DNA from: Spongospora subterranea f. sp. subterranea
Lineage: Eukaryota
Assembly (NCBI GenBank): GCA_049724395.1
Contig: JAUGWO010000102.1
Span: 62,001-126,000, forward strand
Direction: 5' to 3'
Length of the DNA: 64,000 nucleotides
Part shown: positions 48,208 through 62,527 of the stretch, one piece after another
Position numbering within the stretch: the stretch's first letter is position 1
Layout: every line of letters starts with the position of its first letter
Program-made: the position numbers and the translations under genes
Notes under the pieces: model-generated
What the model saw: only the letters and a program-made list of their open reading frames with translations
Databases searched by the model: none
Told to the model about the DNA's origin: nothing

Positions 48208-49861
48208 TTGGTGTCCGATTTTGAACCTTTAACAAAATTCATGTGGATCTATGGTACATCACGGATTCTCTCAACAGATATCTGGGGATTGTCGATGAGC
48301 ATCACTGAATTCACCAAAAATGCTATGCATCATCATAGAGCATCGATAGGGGTAAGGCCCAAACCGCCCGTTAGATCAAGATATCATCACCTGTATCAAT
48401 GGGGTGATCTCCACCGCCTTGGTACAGGGTTCGCCATACCAACCGAAGCGCCAGAACCTCCAAAGATGGTCACTCTCCCATTGCCGATGACCGATATCAT
48501 CGTGTCGAAATTATGCACGAGCGGCGGCACATTTGGTGCATTGCTTAGCTCTAAAGGAGAAGTGATCATATATGGGAATTGTTGGGGAATAATGGATGGG
48601 GCTTGTGAAGGCCAGGACAATGGCGCCATCATACAGTACCCTGATTGCGAGATACACGATATCGCCATTGGCTACTCCCATATATTATCGCTTGATACTG
48701 AAGGGCGGGTTCACTCATATGGAGTCTCGTCATCTGGTTGTTTAGGAATGGGCCCTCATTGCTCTCATCTGTCTGTTCCAACCATCATATCTCCCCTTGT
48801 TCCAATAGTGTCGTTATCTAGCTCTGATCGCCATGTCGCCATGGTCGCAGGTATATTCCTGGCCCAAACGTTCCATCGATACGTTGACACTGACTTAACC
48901 CAATAGCGACGGGACAACTATTGACCTTCGGGAGCAGTAAAGGCGGTGCATTAGGTCATGGATCTGATAATGGTGATGAGATGTCTCCAAGGGTTGTTCA
49001 ATCCTTATCAGGAGAATATATTCTCAAATCGTTTTGTGGACCGTTATGTACCTTTGTAATCGCTGAGGTGGAGACCTCCTGCGAATCAGTGAAAGTGTTT
49101 AGCTTCGGCATTGGCAGCGACGGCAGGTCGGTCGAGTTATCGTATGGCAGATATTAGGTGCGCTTCGATAAAACAATATGATCATAGATTAGGCCATGGA
49201 AACACTGATAGCTATTGGATCCCTCAGCGAATCATGTCCCTGCCGGATTCGGTAAATCTGCTGGATTAACCCCTGGCCGTAATATAACCTGTTTTGACAG
49301 ATTGTGGATATCAGTTGTGGAGGTAGCCATTGCCTGGCGTTAACCCAGAATGGATCTGTATATTCGTGGGGAAATCCAGGAAACGGTCGTTTAGGCCGAC
49401 TCCTAGTGGAGCCAGGTATCGCCTGGTCGCCTGGCGTCATCACATCGTTGTCCAACTTGAAGGTCAGCTCAGTCGCAGCAGGTGGATTCCATTCTTGTAT
49501 TGTCACCTCGTGTGGCAAGCTCTACATGTTTGGCCGCAGCCAAACACAATCCGGAATACCAAGCCGCAACTACCTGGAACCTCATCTACTGTCGAATTCG
49601 TGCATAACGGCTCTAGATCCTGTTTCTGTCCATTGTGGAAAACACTTCAGTATTTTGATAGCTCATTCGTTGACCTTCCAAGCTCCGAGCCATTTACCTA
49701 CCCAAAAATGCACGAAAGAACTCGATATTACCAAGACGAATTACATGAAAGTGGACGTGGTCGACAACAGATACAAACAATTAGGGTTGAGTTCCCGGGC
49801 GGATTATTACAATTTCATCGCGCTCGACGACCTGTTTGCCGATTCCTTAGATTATAGGTAG
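48208..49861 (+). CDS. RCC1-repeat protein (5' end unresolved)
   Basis: IAIGYSHIL..GRVHSYG..GCLG, TFG..GALGHG, ISCGGSHCLAL..VYSWG..GRLG, VAAGGFHS. Confidence 0.88.
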
Positions 49862-49904
49862 ATACTGATAAACTGGATACAGGAAAGTGGATTAAATGGA
49901 TGTT

Positions 49905-50462
49905 TTAGTTAATATTCGGTGATATCGTAGAGTTTCGTATTAGTTCATACCGTAACGAGGCTTTGTTCCATAACAGTGAAAATGTCGAGAGAATCAGGAC
50001 TGAAACTTGATCCCCGCGAAGATTGAATAGATTATGCACCATCAGTAAGAATTCATCAATATTTCTCTGGTGCAATTTCCATAGCGGGTAGAGAAACTGG
50101 TTAAACAGTAGAATCGCACCTCTGCCTTGAGGAACCGCAAGCCAGATCGTTATCAATGATTTCAATGTCCAATACATGGGAAACCTATGGCGATGAACAG
50201 ACTAAGCAGGTGGTTCATGGTTTGCTCTAGACGTCAACTGACCACGACAGTATGGGACTAAAAAATGCATCTAGTGCCCTGAACAGCGAATATACTACCT
50301 AACGATGCGTTGGAAGATGGATATACGGGCGATGTACGGCCATACCCAATAGATAAGCCAGGAACGAGATCGGTTTTGATCGTGTAACGACGATACCGAG
50401 GCATGAACTGGATGACCTATACCGATCACAATCGCAACTGCATGCGATATCAGGGCTCCCAT
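49905..50462 (-). CDS. Second REEP/HVA22 (TB2/DP1) family protein
   Basis: IGIGHPVHAS..WLIYWVVYSLF..SWFPMYWTLK..WLAVPQGRGA..FLYP..IDEF. Confidence 0.88.
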
Positions 50463-50882
50463 CAATCCGGGATGGCAATTGGGCCAACACCAACGACAGG
50501 GGGGGCAATATCGCCCAACCGGTATCGGTAATCACCCTACCGACTCCGCAAGAAGTAACATGCCCCCCCTGTTGGCCCCGCTCATCGCTGTAACACAGAA
50601 TGTAACACACGATTGAGGTCCCAACGGGGGGTCCTCTACTACCTTATCTCAGTGATCTCATGCCTTAAATAGTGTCATCAACAGGCACAGGGTTGCCAAT
50701 CCCTTCTCTAACTTGATCGCCAGTGCAAATCACCGTACACTCTGGTTGGAATTATCGGTAGGAGCGGTAGAGCATGTCCTGAGGAAGTCTCTCGTCCGGC
50801 CGATCTCCCAATTCGCCCTTTATATATTCCTGCAATCAGGTCGCGACTACAGTAGCTGCTGTCTCCAGGCACATTTTGGATC

Positions 50883-51113
50883 ATGGAGAGTGAATACTAT
50901 GAAGTCGAGCAGGTTCTTGACTGCAAAGTGACCAACGGGAGCTTATTCTATCTAGTTCATTGGCGCGGGTTCGAAATAAAGGACCGAACATGGGAACCGG
51001 CAGAGAACCTACACAATGTACCACTGAAGATCAAAGAATATCAGGATGGAGTTAAGGGTCGAATATTGGAAAGGTGTCTTCAGCAAGGGAGTAGAAAGCC
51101 TCAAGGATCGTGA
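50883..51113 (+). CDS. Stand-alone chromodomain protein (76 aa)
   Basis: YEVEQVLD..YLVHWRGF..TWEPAENL. Confidence 0.85.
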   Translation: MESEYYEVEQVLDCKVTNGSLFYLVHWRGFEIKDRTWEPAENLHNVPLKIKEYQDGVKGRILERCLQQGSRKPQGS

Positions 51114-51222
51114 TTCCCCAATTACATCATTGAATACCGGTAGCGCCATCAAACGCCCAACCGACCCAACAATCTCCTTTCAGCACCAAAACCACCCTCA
51201 TCCTATCTCTATAATAGATTTA

Positions 51223-53334
51223 TTAAGATGGAACGGCTTGTTTAGCCCTCTTAAATCCTAAACGAGGAGCCACCTCAGGTAGCCAACTGGCGTCAATTCC
51301 CGATACGGTTCTCATATATAATTTGGTCGTATGAACCAGCTCTGTGAATACGACGCAAAACGGTCGTGAGCGCTGGTTAAACAGGGAGGATGTTGGGTGA
51401 ATGTTGGCCAACTGATCGGTGTGGGTTCGATATGTCCCATCGGCCTGTAGCACTGCAGAATTCAGGAACAATCCACTGGCTAAACAGCGGCGAACATATT
51501 CGTCGGCTTCAGGGGATAGATCATCAGATAGATGACCTGACGATCTAACGCCAATCCTCTTACACGATGACGCTAATTGATGGCGAATAGATTGCGCCTT
51601 CCGTATTGCCCTGGCATTGATGAAATTCTGCGAGCACCATCGTCTATCGACATTCACCTCAACAGCAGCATTATAGACGCGTAAGAGCATCATATGATCG
51701 CCAGATGGGCAATAGAACTTTTTCCGAGCGGCGTCGGCCAGTTCCCGTCCAGATGACGGATAATAGAATATCTGATCGCTCGACAGCATCGCTATGATCG
51801 TCAATATCTGGTCAGTGCAGTTCATATCAGCCGACGCCAACAGGACTTTAGAAAAAGCCGGCTCCAAGGCGAATCGGGACATTCGCCGGCCTAAATCGGT
51901 CAACGCCCCTCGATTATCAAGGGCGGATAGCTCATAAAGGTGCATTAGTGCCTGGATAAGGGGTTCCCGATCAGGGGGGTCCATGAACTCAAATCCCATT
52001 ATATCATCGACCCCTAATGATTTTAGCTGCAATACAACAGAGGCGAGATTGCACCGCTTAATCTCTGGTATAGCAACATCTCGTAGCTGATCGAATGTCG
52101 CTTCCGTGTAGAGCCGATAACAATGGCCTGCTTGTTGGCGCCCAGCTCGTCCAGCTCGTTGCCAGGCTTCACTTTTGGCGATTGGCGATGGGGTCAACGT
52201 ATCGATACCGGTGAACGAGTGGAATTGACGCTTCTTCGACAATCCACAATCAATGACGTATCTGATCACGACTAGGAATAAGATAAACAACTTTCACTCG
52301 ATGGAAATCACTCACTTAACACCGTCAATGGTCAGCGACGTCTCGGCAATATTCGTCGCCAATATGATCTTGCGGGTATTCGGGGGCGTCGGCTGAAACA
52401 CCAGCATCTGTTGGGATTCGGGTAAAGCTGCATATATTGGACAGACGATAACGGGCCGGTCAGGGATCAGTTTAGCGCGTTGGACAATCTGATCCTGTAA
52501 TGAATCGATATCCTCCTGTCCCGTGAGAAAGCAAAGAATGTCGCCATCAACAGGCATGTCCATGTGGACTTGCAGAACAGCGATCAGCGATGCGTCAATG
52601 AAGTCGTTCTCTGGATGGTTCAGGTATTCAATGGCAACTGGAAATGTACGCCCCTTGATACGCTCAATCGGGCATTGAAGGAACTTGGCGAATTTATCGG
52701 CTTCGATTGTGGCCGACATGCAGATCACCTTCAATGGTGAATCACCTGTCGATCGGCGGGTTTGGGCCCTCTTCACCAGCGCTAGCAGGACATCGGTATG
52801 AACTGTACGTTCATGGGCTTCATCGAGAATCACGATCGTATATCGAGATAGATCAGGGTCAACACAGCATTCTTGCAATAACATCCCATCGGTGACGAAT
52901 TTCATTCGAGTTTTTTTGGGACTAGTCCGATCATCGAATCGAATGCAGTATCCAACCTCTTGCCCTAATTTAACGTTCATTTCTTGAGCGACGCGATTAG
53001 CTACGGTTATCGCTGCAACTCGACGAGGCTGACTGATAACGATCATTTGTTTCCGAGGAATTAGCCCGCTCTCAAGCAGATATTGAGGAAGTTGTGTCGT
53101 CTTCCCTGAACCAGTCTCCCCAATCACAACCAAACTGGCGTTCTCCTTTACAGAGCTGATTAACCGAGATTTATGCTTATATATCGGCAACCCCATCCGT
53201 TGGCGTTGAATATCGGATTGCGATTTCACATTGCTGCCCATATTATTGAGGAGTTGAACATGAGTATTATCGACATCAATATCAGGGAAATCAACAACCC
53301 GGTTCGGTTCAGAAATGACCATAACGGAATCCAT
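51223..53334 (-). CDS. DEAH-box RNA helicase, DHX33/Dhr2-like
   Basis: GETGSGKTTQ, QPRRVAA, DEAHER, SAT, TNIAETSLTI, QRAGRAGR, HA2/OB tail. Short N-terminus, one intron. Confidence 0.93.
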
Positions 53335-53677
53335 GATAGACAGCCGTTAAATAATCACCGTTCCAGGAATTTCCGGTCTTCGTCACGAATTTTGATAGGA
53401 AGTCCGAAAGATCCGACAAGACTCTCGTCCGGACTGCGTGACGGCTCAAAACCCCACCCCTAAAGTGCATGACAAGTAAAAAAAGCACTCTCTCAGAGTA
53501 CAGCACCAAAAATTTACACTCATTGACCTGATCGAAACAATTTTCGGCCGTCTATTACGACATTTGGGTTGCAGATCGTGTAGTATTATTTCGGTGGCAA
53601 ATTGTGGTTGTCGCCGCTGGACAAACTAGCTTAATCTCGGAGTCCGCAGCTCGGAAGTTATTGGTTGACGTTAAGGG

Positions 53678-54825
53678 ATGGCTCGGGAGATGGATTTACC
53701 GTTCAACCTAGGGCCAGGGCGACTGGTAACGGTTAGCGAGGATGGGTTGACCCAGATTGTGTTTGGCGCCTGTTCGGCCCGTATATTGTCGGAACACCAT
53801 GAGCTACTGTTGCTTTGGAGTGATTACTCGCTGCACCTGCCATCCGATCCCGATAAGTGTCTCATTATTGATGCGGCCGATTCCACCCTGGTTTTGTACA
53901 ATGGGTTTTCCGGCGAGTGCTTTGTTCTGGAAATTGAGTCATCGACTGTAAACTCTAGTGAGTTTGAGGTACGTTTTGTTGCTTGTGCGGTGTCAGATGG
54001 TTTATTGAGGAATTCCCAGAGGTTTATTGATGCTTCCCGAACATATATTACTTATATCAGCCGAGGGCAAGCAGCGGAATATAACATCCCATTACTAATA
54101 TCCGCTTCTAGTCAGGGGTTGATTCAATCCGGGATCGGCGAAGTTCAACCTGAAACCGGCGGCGTATCGACCAGAATCGATCAAAGCGCCGATTATATCG
54201 CCTCGGGGATCTCACGATGTTCATCAATGATTTCGAGCTCTATCGAATGGGGCTCCGATAGGCTCAAAACCCATATTGACCCATCGCCAACTCCTATGCC
54301 CGTGCATGCGTGTATTAGGAACAGTTTTCAAACTCTCGGGTCGGCAGCGAGTTTAATGGCGTCAGGTATCAATAACCTTAGCGAAACTATCGGTCATTCG
54401 TTTCTTGGTACAACCGGTTTGCAACTTTTTTCCCGCCCTGTTCTCATTAAGGAATCTTAGCGACAAGCGATCCCGATGTTGAGGAAGGCGAGCCCCCGGT
54501 CGCTTTGCAAATTGCCAAAAGCTCCGTTAGAGGAGTCTGTAAAGTCGCTCTAGCATGTTCGGACGCCTCCCTAGACGTCTTGAAAACCACATTAGGTGCA
54601 GCATCAGGTAAACCGTAGGAATCAGACTGTTGCTTACGCTTAGCGACGTTTCAAGGTTTGATCGCTCATAAGTATGGGGATGAACTTGGACAAGTGGTCA
54701 ATAACGGATCAACAGTCTTTTATAGTGCACGACTAGCGTCAAAGGCCCTTCGCCGATTCTGTTTGCAGGCACTTTTTCGCAGCACGAGGGATGGTAGATC
54801 GAGCGTTGCAGGAACAGAACATTAG
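53678..54825 (+). CDS. Senescence/spartin-domain protein (SPG20/ERD7-like)
   Basis: ADYIASGI..ISSSIEWGSDRLKTHIDP..P.PV and ..HKYGDELG pattern. Confidence 0.7.
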
Positions 54826-54850
54826 GTGATCAGATAATAAACAAACAGAT

Positions 54851-57800
54851 TTATTCTTTTTTATTTAGATTCAAATAGAAAAATGGTTCGAATGGAACAC
54901 CATCTGCGTTGTAGAATTTGTTCATAAATTCAACCCTAAAAGATATCAGTATTGAATTGAAAAAGACGAGAAAGATGATCACACCAGTGCAATCGCAGAG
55001 CGTGTAGAAAGCACTCGAGGACATCCATGCCAAGTAGAACCCCGAATGTTGCTTGAGTGAAAAAAGCGAAACCAATATATAAAGAGAATACACTCTCGTA
55101 ATTTCCAGAAATCAATCTGGAATAGAAAACATGAGCCAACTGTGCATGGGCCAAGGAAAGCGCCCAAAGACGAAGGTATGACGCTGTATTTGAAACGCAT
55201 CCCAAAACGTCTGCATGGAATTAATTCAAAAAGAGAACATATCATCAGGTATTTTTTTTACATTCGATTGTATGAATCATCTGGTGGACAAAGTGATCTC
55301 CAAGATCAAACTGTAATAATATCAGCTTCGGTCACGTCGTTTACAAAATGAACCGGCTACCGCATGGTGAGATGACTGAACAGGGGAATTTGGTACAGAA
55401 GGTTCATCACTCAATGGCCGATAATTTGATATAAGGACCCCTTGACGATGAATATTGTGCTTGGCCCATAAAAATCCGGTTTTTGATAGAAGCATCCATG
55501 GGACGGAAATTAAGGCCAAAGACAACAACGTCGCTTGAAGTTCTGCCTGTTCATAGAAGACACATTTAAGTATTCAAATAGCGAACATACCGCACGTGTT
55601 TACCTGTCCGTCGAATAGAGGTACAGGTGGGTGAGGATCACTCCTGTCAGCTTCACTCCCCACTTGTCCAAAATTTAATACCATATTAATCAAAGTCACG
55701 ATCAAACTGGGTGCTCTATGAGTCCCAATTGTCCCCCAGTCCATACACCATTTTCTCAAGATGGCAAATACCTGAAAACATGGTTGGAATGGAGCAGAAG
55801 GGGCAACCGGACGAAAGACAAGCAGAACGTACCAAATATCCGAAGAAGGATAGAATGAATATTATACGAGGAATAAATTCGCAAACGATACTCAAGTAAT
55901 CCCGTTCGTGTATGTGATTAGCTAGTCCGAAAAAAACTCCAACAATCATCTGAGTACAACTCAGAGAGAGTCAGACGCTTCGAGAAGATGATGAAACATA
56001 CATGAGTAACCCCGATCACGATTGCCATTTTCATTTTCAAAGAATTGAGAAAGGCAAGTTCTAGATCTGAACCGTACCAAATCTGCGAGGACCGAGATCA
56101 AAAATGAAGCATTAGATGACGAAAACGGCAATTACATAGTCAATTCCAAAAGGATACACGCCATTAAAAGTTTGCGTTTCATGATCATAACGAGTATCAA
56201 AGAACCGCAGGGACAGTGATGTGAAGTCGTTGTAGATTAGCCCACAATCTGCACAACTGTTAGAAAAAAGTGATAAGAGCCATTTCAGACGTACATATTG
56301 CGAAGAACCCCATCAAAACCAGGATGTAACGTCCATCAAAGGCTGCGGCGAAAAACTGCAATAGACTCAGCTCCATTTATTACAAATACTTTACCGGCAT
56401 ACCTCGTTCATAGGGCCACCTTTTTGTAGCTTCTTCTCATTTACAATGAGGTAAAGGGCGAAAGCAAAAAGGAGAGTTCCATGGAACACGTCCCCGAACA
56501 TTACTCCAAATAAAAATGGAAACGTTACGATTGTCAAAACGCCTAAAGATAAAAATTGATGAGGGAGCATTCGGTGTTACAATGGACGTACCAGGGTTAA
56601 TCTCGCCATAACGCGCTACCCCATAGGCATCTACGATGGCTTGGTATATACTAGTAAACTTATTTGTTTTAATATAAGTAGGTGGTTTGTCATGTTCAAA
56701 ATCTTTCTCGATTTCCTATGAAAAGGCTGAAAAAGACACCCTACGATGGAATCAAATTTCTTACGTGAATAACTGCAGGGTTGTTGTTGGAAGAAAACCC
56801 TTTAGAAACAAGAGCAGCTCTGAGTGCATCTTGTACGGAATTTCGATCAGATGTGGGAACCCAACCTTCTGCCTGCATCATCTATCAACCACACACAGTG
56901 AGAACCCACATGTAGCGAGAACCGGTTTTGTTAACCTGGGTAGCCTCGTTGACTCGAAACAAGTTGAGAATCGAAAAAATGCTTTTACTTTGTAGCAAAA
57001 TACGATTCCAACCGCCTACCTGAATCCATATATGTCATATTGCGCGCAATAGTAGATTACAGTCGTACTTTTCCAGATACCCCAAATAAGTCATGCCTTA
57101 ATTGGGTTTCAGTTTTGAAAAGAGTCTCTCTAAGCGCATTCTGACGGTCTCTACATTCCTTGAGACGCAGTGGTATTGACTGTTCATTGTCGGGATGTCT
57201 TACGCAACGATTATCGAACAATTTACAGAAAACTCAGGTTGCAAGACATACAAGTGAATATTGATCGACATAACATGACACAGCTTCGTTAGACGCTTTT
57301 CCAATACCATCCCGAGGAAAAATACCACAAATGCCTCGTTACTTGTCGATTCCACATCCAGAAAAATGATATAAGCATTTCCCCTTGAAGCGAGAAACAC
57401 CTGGGAACCAAGGGTAATTAAATTTGCGACAACCAGATTCTGATCGCAGTCCAGACCTGTCGTTCGAACGTTGGGCGTTGGGGTTTAGGTACCATGCCGG
57501 CTATAAACCGGAATGCTATAGCATCAGCACCGGCTCTTCCGGTCTCGACATCTCCAAGCAGATTTTGGCCGGCGCTGTCGAGATTTCTGAGTAACGACGC
57601 ATGTACATCATCAGACGATTGACGGCTGATTAGCGAATGGGCTTTATCTAGCACATCTTCGAGCCTGAATTTGCTGAGCTAAATGTCAAGTATAGATTGA
57701 AAGAAAACCATACTCTTGCTGCTGAGAAAGCTGATCTTTGACAGCCTTGGCGACGTTGAAATCAGTAACAAGACGCCCATAGTAGTCCCGGATTAAGACG

Positions 57801-58138
57801 AATACTTTATCTAAGGAAGCCTGGGTTATTGGCTCAGAGTCGATGTAATTCGTGTCTGTCTTGTGAGGAACTTCGTAACAGTCAAGAAATCCAATTATCG
57901 AATCAGTCAATTTTTGGACTTCATTGATCGTCGTTATTGAGCGGATATACCGCCTTTGAAAGGCTTGTTGCGTCGAATTAAGCTATGTAAATTATTCAAC
58001 TCCCAGAAGACCTAATAATAATTATCTTACGTCGATGAACTGAATAACACCTCGTTTGCCCACTTCATCAACAAACCCATGAGCGGCCTCAATAGGGACG
58101 ATCATACTCAGATACGTCATACGTTCGGAGCGCCACAT
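54851..58138 (-). CDS. ATP6V0A: V-type H+-ATPase V0 subunit a
   Basis: [66 protein letters not shown]. Confidence 0.97.
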
Positions 58139-58611
58139 GGTGGTGATTATAATCAGAATAGCCGACGTGAACGATCTCGGTTAAATCAATGCATTCAAAG
58201 ACAATGTCTACGATGATATTAAGGAAAGTGTACAGTTAGTGTACCGTACACGAGCTTGACCAAGGATGTTAAGTCAGAGTTGGTCACCTCTCCACCTGCC
58301 AGCGCCGCACAAGCCGTACAATGTTTCGTTTCCACTGTTTGGTCACGGATACCGGCATTTGTCAGTTTCTCGCATAGTTCTCCTTACCGAGTGGTTTCCA
58401 CGAGAATTCACCGATAACATTCATTTCCTGATCATGTATTTGAAAAGAATAGGTTCGGAGCATTTTGCTTATGAATCTTCCGTAGCTCCAGTCCGGCAGT
58501 ACCACGGTTTGGGAATTCAAATAAATAAATACTATTTGTTGTATGAAAACACGATAAAGGAAAATTCTTTGCTAGAAAATGAAACTGTTTTGTACAGTTG
58601 ATGGTATCTTG

Positions 58612-59403
58612 TCACATTGGCGATGCTTGGAGAACAACAGTGTTAACTTGACAATTGCGGCAAGATAAAATAAATTCCCTCTGGACGTTGAAAAAGAAAG
58701 TCGGGCGGCATGGAAATATATGGGACCTCAACACATTGGCTAGTACTTGCCGCAGAGTGTTCAGATCGGAAAGGTTCTCATATTTCTGTAGAAAAATGTT
58801 AAGACAATCGAGGGTCAAAGAAGGTTCTCACCTTGATGGTGGTAAAGTTCCCACATTCACAAAAAAAATCAGTTGGTAGATCAACAATGAAGCGCAGTTG
58901 ACAAACAGGGCATAATCTAGAAAGCATTATTTCATAGCAAGAAAACCAAAAAACCCAATAAACTCACACTGAAATCGCCAACCCCGTAGTATCCAAAACA
59001 TTTTCAGCTAGGACATCCTGATAACAGCTTAATTAAGAATAGTTACAAATATCTGTGATCGTACAGATTCTTGACAGGACTGTTCATAAGCGTTGATTTC
59101 ACTTTGAAGCTGCTCCTCATCTGGAAAAAGTCCTTCACTGGCCAACATCGCTTCCAGTTCCTCAACGGTAAAACCTGTCTTGAACTGGATCATGTCTGGC
59201 TGGCAACTACATTCGTCAAAAATATTTGAAACTATCAAGATCACTACCGTGGAACGCACGGATGTTCTCAAATTCTGTACATGTCGAATACGGTCTTCTC
59301 GGCTGCGCTTCAGGAAAGCGCTCTGCATATGCTGTTTCCGAAAATTTGTGATTTCTCTCTGCCCAAACAGCTTCAAACTGCACCTGGGTTTGTGATTTTG
59401 CAT
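58612..59403 (-). CDS. RPAIN: RPA-interacting protein (RIP)-like
   Basis: Basic N-helix (KRSREDR), acidic middle, C-terminal CPVC..CECG..H..C..CRNC zinc fingers. Confidence 0.7.
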
Positions 59404-59635
59404 TTGTCGGGAATGCCCTCCAGTCGCCAAGAGTACTTTGCAAAACGTCGAATGCAGCAACACTACTGAAACGAGGCCACGCCGCAACGGACTCTTTCTC
59501 TGGCGACAATCAAGGGCTAAAACGGCCCTGGGAACACAATCGGGAGGGTTTTGTAGGCGTAAAGATGACGATAATTTATTGAAGTGTATACGAGTGAATC
59601 TGACAGTGCACGAACTTGGTAGCTGCTTGTATGAA

Positions 59636-60599
59636 TTATTCACTATCGATTGTTAGCGAAGAAATATTCTCGAAATTGTTGGAACACTCTGCATTTTCGT
59701 CTGACAAAATGGCTGCTTCATCTGATATGCTATCATCAGCGTCTGACAACTCACAACTGTCATCATCCATTGACAGCGTAATTTTTTCCGATCCATCTTC
59801 ATCACTGCTGCTGTACATTAGCAAGTCTTTGCGAGGACCATTTGTTTTAGACATCCATTCGTTCTGAACAGCAATAACTTCCGCTCCTGTGTTGCATGCA
59901 TCGTAAAGACAAAACAAATCACTGCGGGATGAACACAATTGTCAGTGAGGGACCCTAAACAGTTCAAAGTACAGACCAATTGACTTGAAGAAATCCTGGG
60001 CCCCATTTAAATTTTTCTAGCAGCTGCTCCGCATAAGCACGGAATCCAGTCATGATTAAGGTTGCTGCAATGGCTTCTACGCAGCTTAACTTCATAGGTC
60101 TGCCGTAATTTACAGGATTGCCGGCGACCATAAACGGCACTGTAGTGCAAAAATGAGACACGAATTTAGCTGATCCCAAATAAAATTTACAGAGTCTGTT
60201 AGCACCACTTTTCAGCTTGCCAAATGGTATCGCGTCAAGGGCATTCCATGAGCAATCGATGACACCAACCCCTGATTTCTCGACAAGCTCACGATCCTCG
60301 CGAGAAACAGTCTTCTGACCTTTTGGGCTGAGGACTACTCCTGGGAATTTTTGTTGAATTCTTAGCTCCTTAAGCAATCCTGACGAAAGCATCAGCCTAC
60401 AAGCGATGCTAGAAAATTCAGAGAAATCACCTAAACGAGATAGTTTTTTCCCAGTACAACGTTTGCTATCACATTGACCAAAATCCCACATTGCGAGGCT
60501 GATGGGGAACGGCTCTGCACTGCCATTTCTTGGTATATTACGATGCCAAGCTTTAGCGTGTGTTTTAGCAGATTGAGTGTTCGTATTACGGCGCCCCAT
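59636..60599 (-). CDS. TSR3: 18S rRNA aminocarboxypropyltransferase Tsr3
   Basis: MWDFGQCDSKRCTGKKL, DCSW, NPVNYGRPMKLSCVEA, FKWG, acidic tail. Confidence 0.96.
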
Positions 60600-61016
60600 T
60601 TTCAGAGGGTAGCCGCAACGACAATGATCAAGGCAAATCCCCGTGACCCAGAACTGATTCTACACGGCGGTCAGATAGGGTCTTTCGACTCTACATTTTC
60701 GTCTTTCGCAAATGAAATTGTTCGGACGATTTCCCGATCTCTGTATGATATAGAATGTCTTTTACCAACCTCATGGCAGTTTACTTCCGATTTTTTCGCT
60801 ACGTAGTAGGGTTTTCCTGACCGCAGAGGTCATGCCTGGCTTTGTGTGTTCTTAATGTGCCTTGTTAAATACTAGTACTACCAAATATACTTGAAATTGG
60901 CTGTATCGTAAAAATGGGTAGTGCTGTCATGCTGCCGTACTACCTTGTGTAGTGTCAAGTATGATCACATTAAGACCGTCACACTTGGCTAGCTTTACGT
61001 ATTAGCGCAGTTATCA

Positions 61017-62453
61017 ATGGGCATTGGAGCGCTATCAAGGATTGTGTCGCCGTCTATAGCCTTGCCGCCGACTTCAATGTGCCTCAAGCACATCAGCGGG
61101 GAAGATCGGCTGAATATAGGCCTGCAGGCTTCCTTGGCATTGCACGGCATAATCATGGGTAGAACATTACGTCATTCCCATGTCATGCTAGGATCATCTA
61201 GCCGCTTATCGCGTAGCCATGCCCGAATATTACTCGAAGATGGCCACTGGGTTGTTGAAGATCTCGATAGTACAAACGGCATTTTCGTGAACGATGTTCA
61301 GTGTCAACGGCAGACATTACACGTAAATGATATCGGTCGGTTTGGCTTATGATAAAATGTTTGCGAATTCGAGCTTCTCGCAGTTTCTTTTGGAGATGTT
61401 GCTTCGAAGTCGAGCCATTACGTATATACCTTCGTGCCATTGCCCAGTGACAATGGAGGATCACATGCTGAGAATAATTCCAGTTAGTAAAACTCTAAGG
61501 CACTATTGCAAACGCTCTGATTTTTCTTCATGATAGCACAAAGCAAACCTGGAGAGTGTACTAGAAGAGATAATTGTGGTTCAGGAAGGAAGAAGAGGAA
61601 AAGGGAGACGTCTCCGGGCAGCATCAAACCTCACCGGGCGAGGAGGCGCGACGTTCTTCATGAATTAACTTGCAGGTAAAAGCGGTGCATAGTGAATTTT
61701 CAACTGGAAACTTGCCGCCAATATTCGATATTAGTGTTTGTCTTGAGCCTTTCATCGATCCTGTCACAATGCAATGCGCCCATTCATTCTGTCGTTCATG
61801 CATTGAATCTTGCCTGTCTTTGAACGGCCAATGTAATATGTTGACATCGACTTCATCAGTCCTGAATACCGCTTTGATAGGTCCAGTATGCCGGCTATTA
61901 GTTACTCAAGCTCCAGTACCATCACTTAGCTTAAAAAACCAAATCCCTCGGTGTTTATCATCGAAAGAATTGGTTGACTATAAGGAAAGAGAAGCTCAGG
62001 TAATCTAAAGTTTACTGCTGTACGTTTTTTAAGCGGTTTGTTGGGAACCAGAGCGTTCTCCATCAAGCAAATCTGGCACGAAGAAGTCATCGTTTAGAAA
62101 ACTGTCTTGCGAGAGCTCATGAACAAGGGCTCAGATTCATTGACGTGTTCAAAGACTGGAGAGAACGCGACCAACGAATATACGAACTGGGTCAGTAGAT
62201 ATTCCATAGTTTTCGATCCATCGGTGACCAGCATCGCTTAGGAGTCAAAAGCTATCGAGCTTCGTGTTGGAGATTGTTCATCAATTCGATAGGGCTTACT
62301 GAACAGTCCATACAAGAGCGTTCCATTGCCGAACTTTGTCAGGCATACGCCAATCTAGGAGGTCACCTGCCTAGTCTCGAGCCTGTTGGAGAACAATCGT
62401 TGAGGCAAATGCTGTGGCGGTTTTTAATGTATGCTTCCCCACTTCCCAGCTAG
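61017..62453 (+). CDS. FHA-RING E3 ligase (RNF8/CHFR-like architecture)
   Basis: GR..SRSHA..DLDSTNGIFVN (FHA); CSVCLE..CAHSFCRSCI..CPVCR (C3HC4 RING). Confidence 0.88.
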
Positions 62454-62527
62454 ACAATACACATCCCCAACGTTATATATGAATAAAAAAATCGGTTGAG
62501 CATCTATCAACCCGAAAGTCTTAACAA

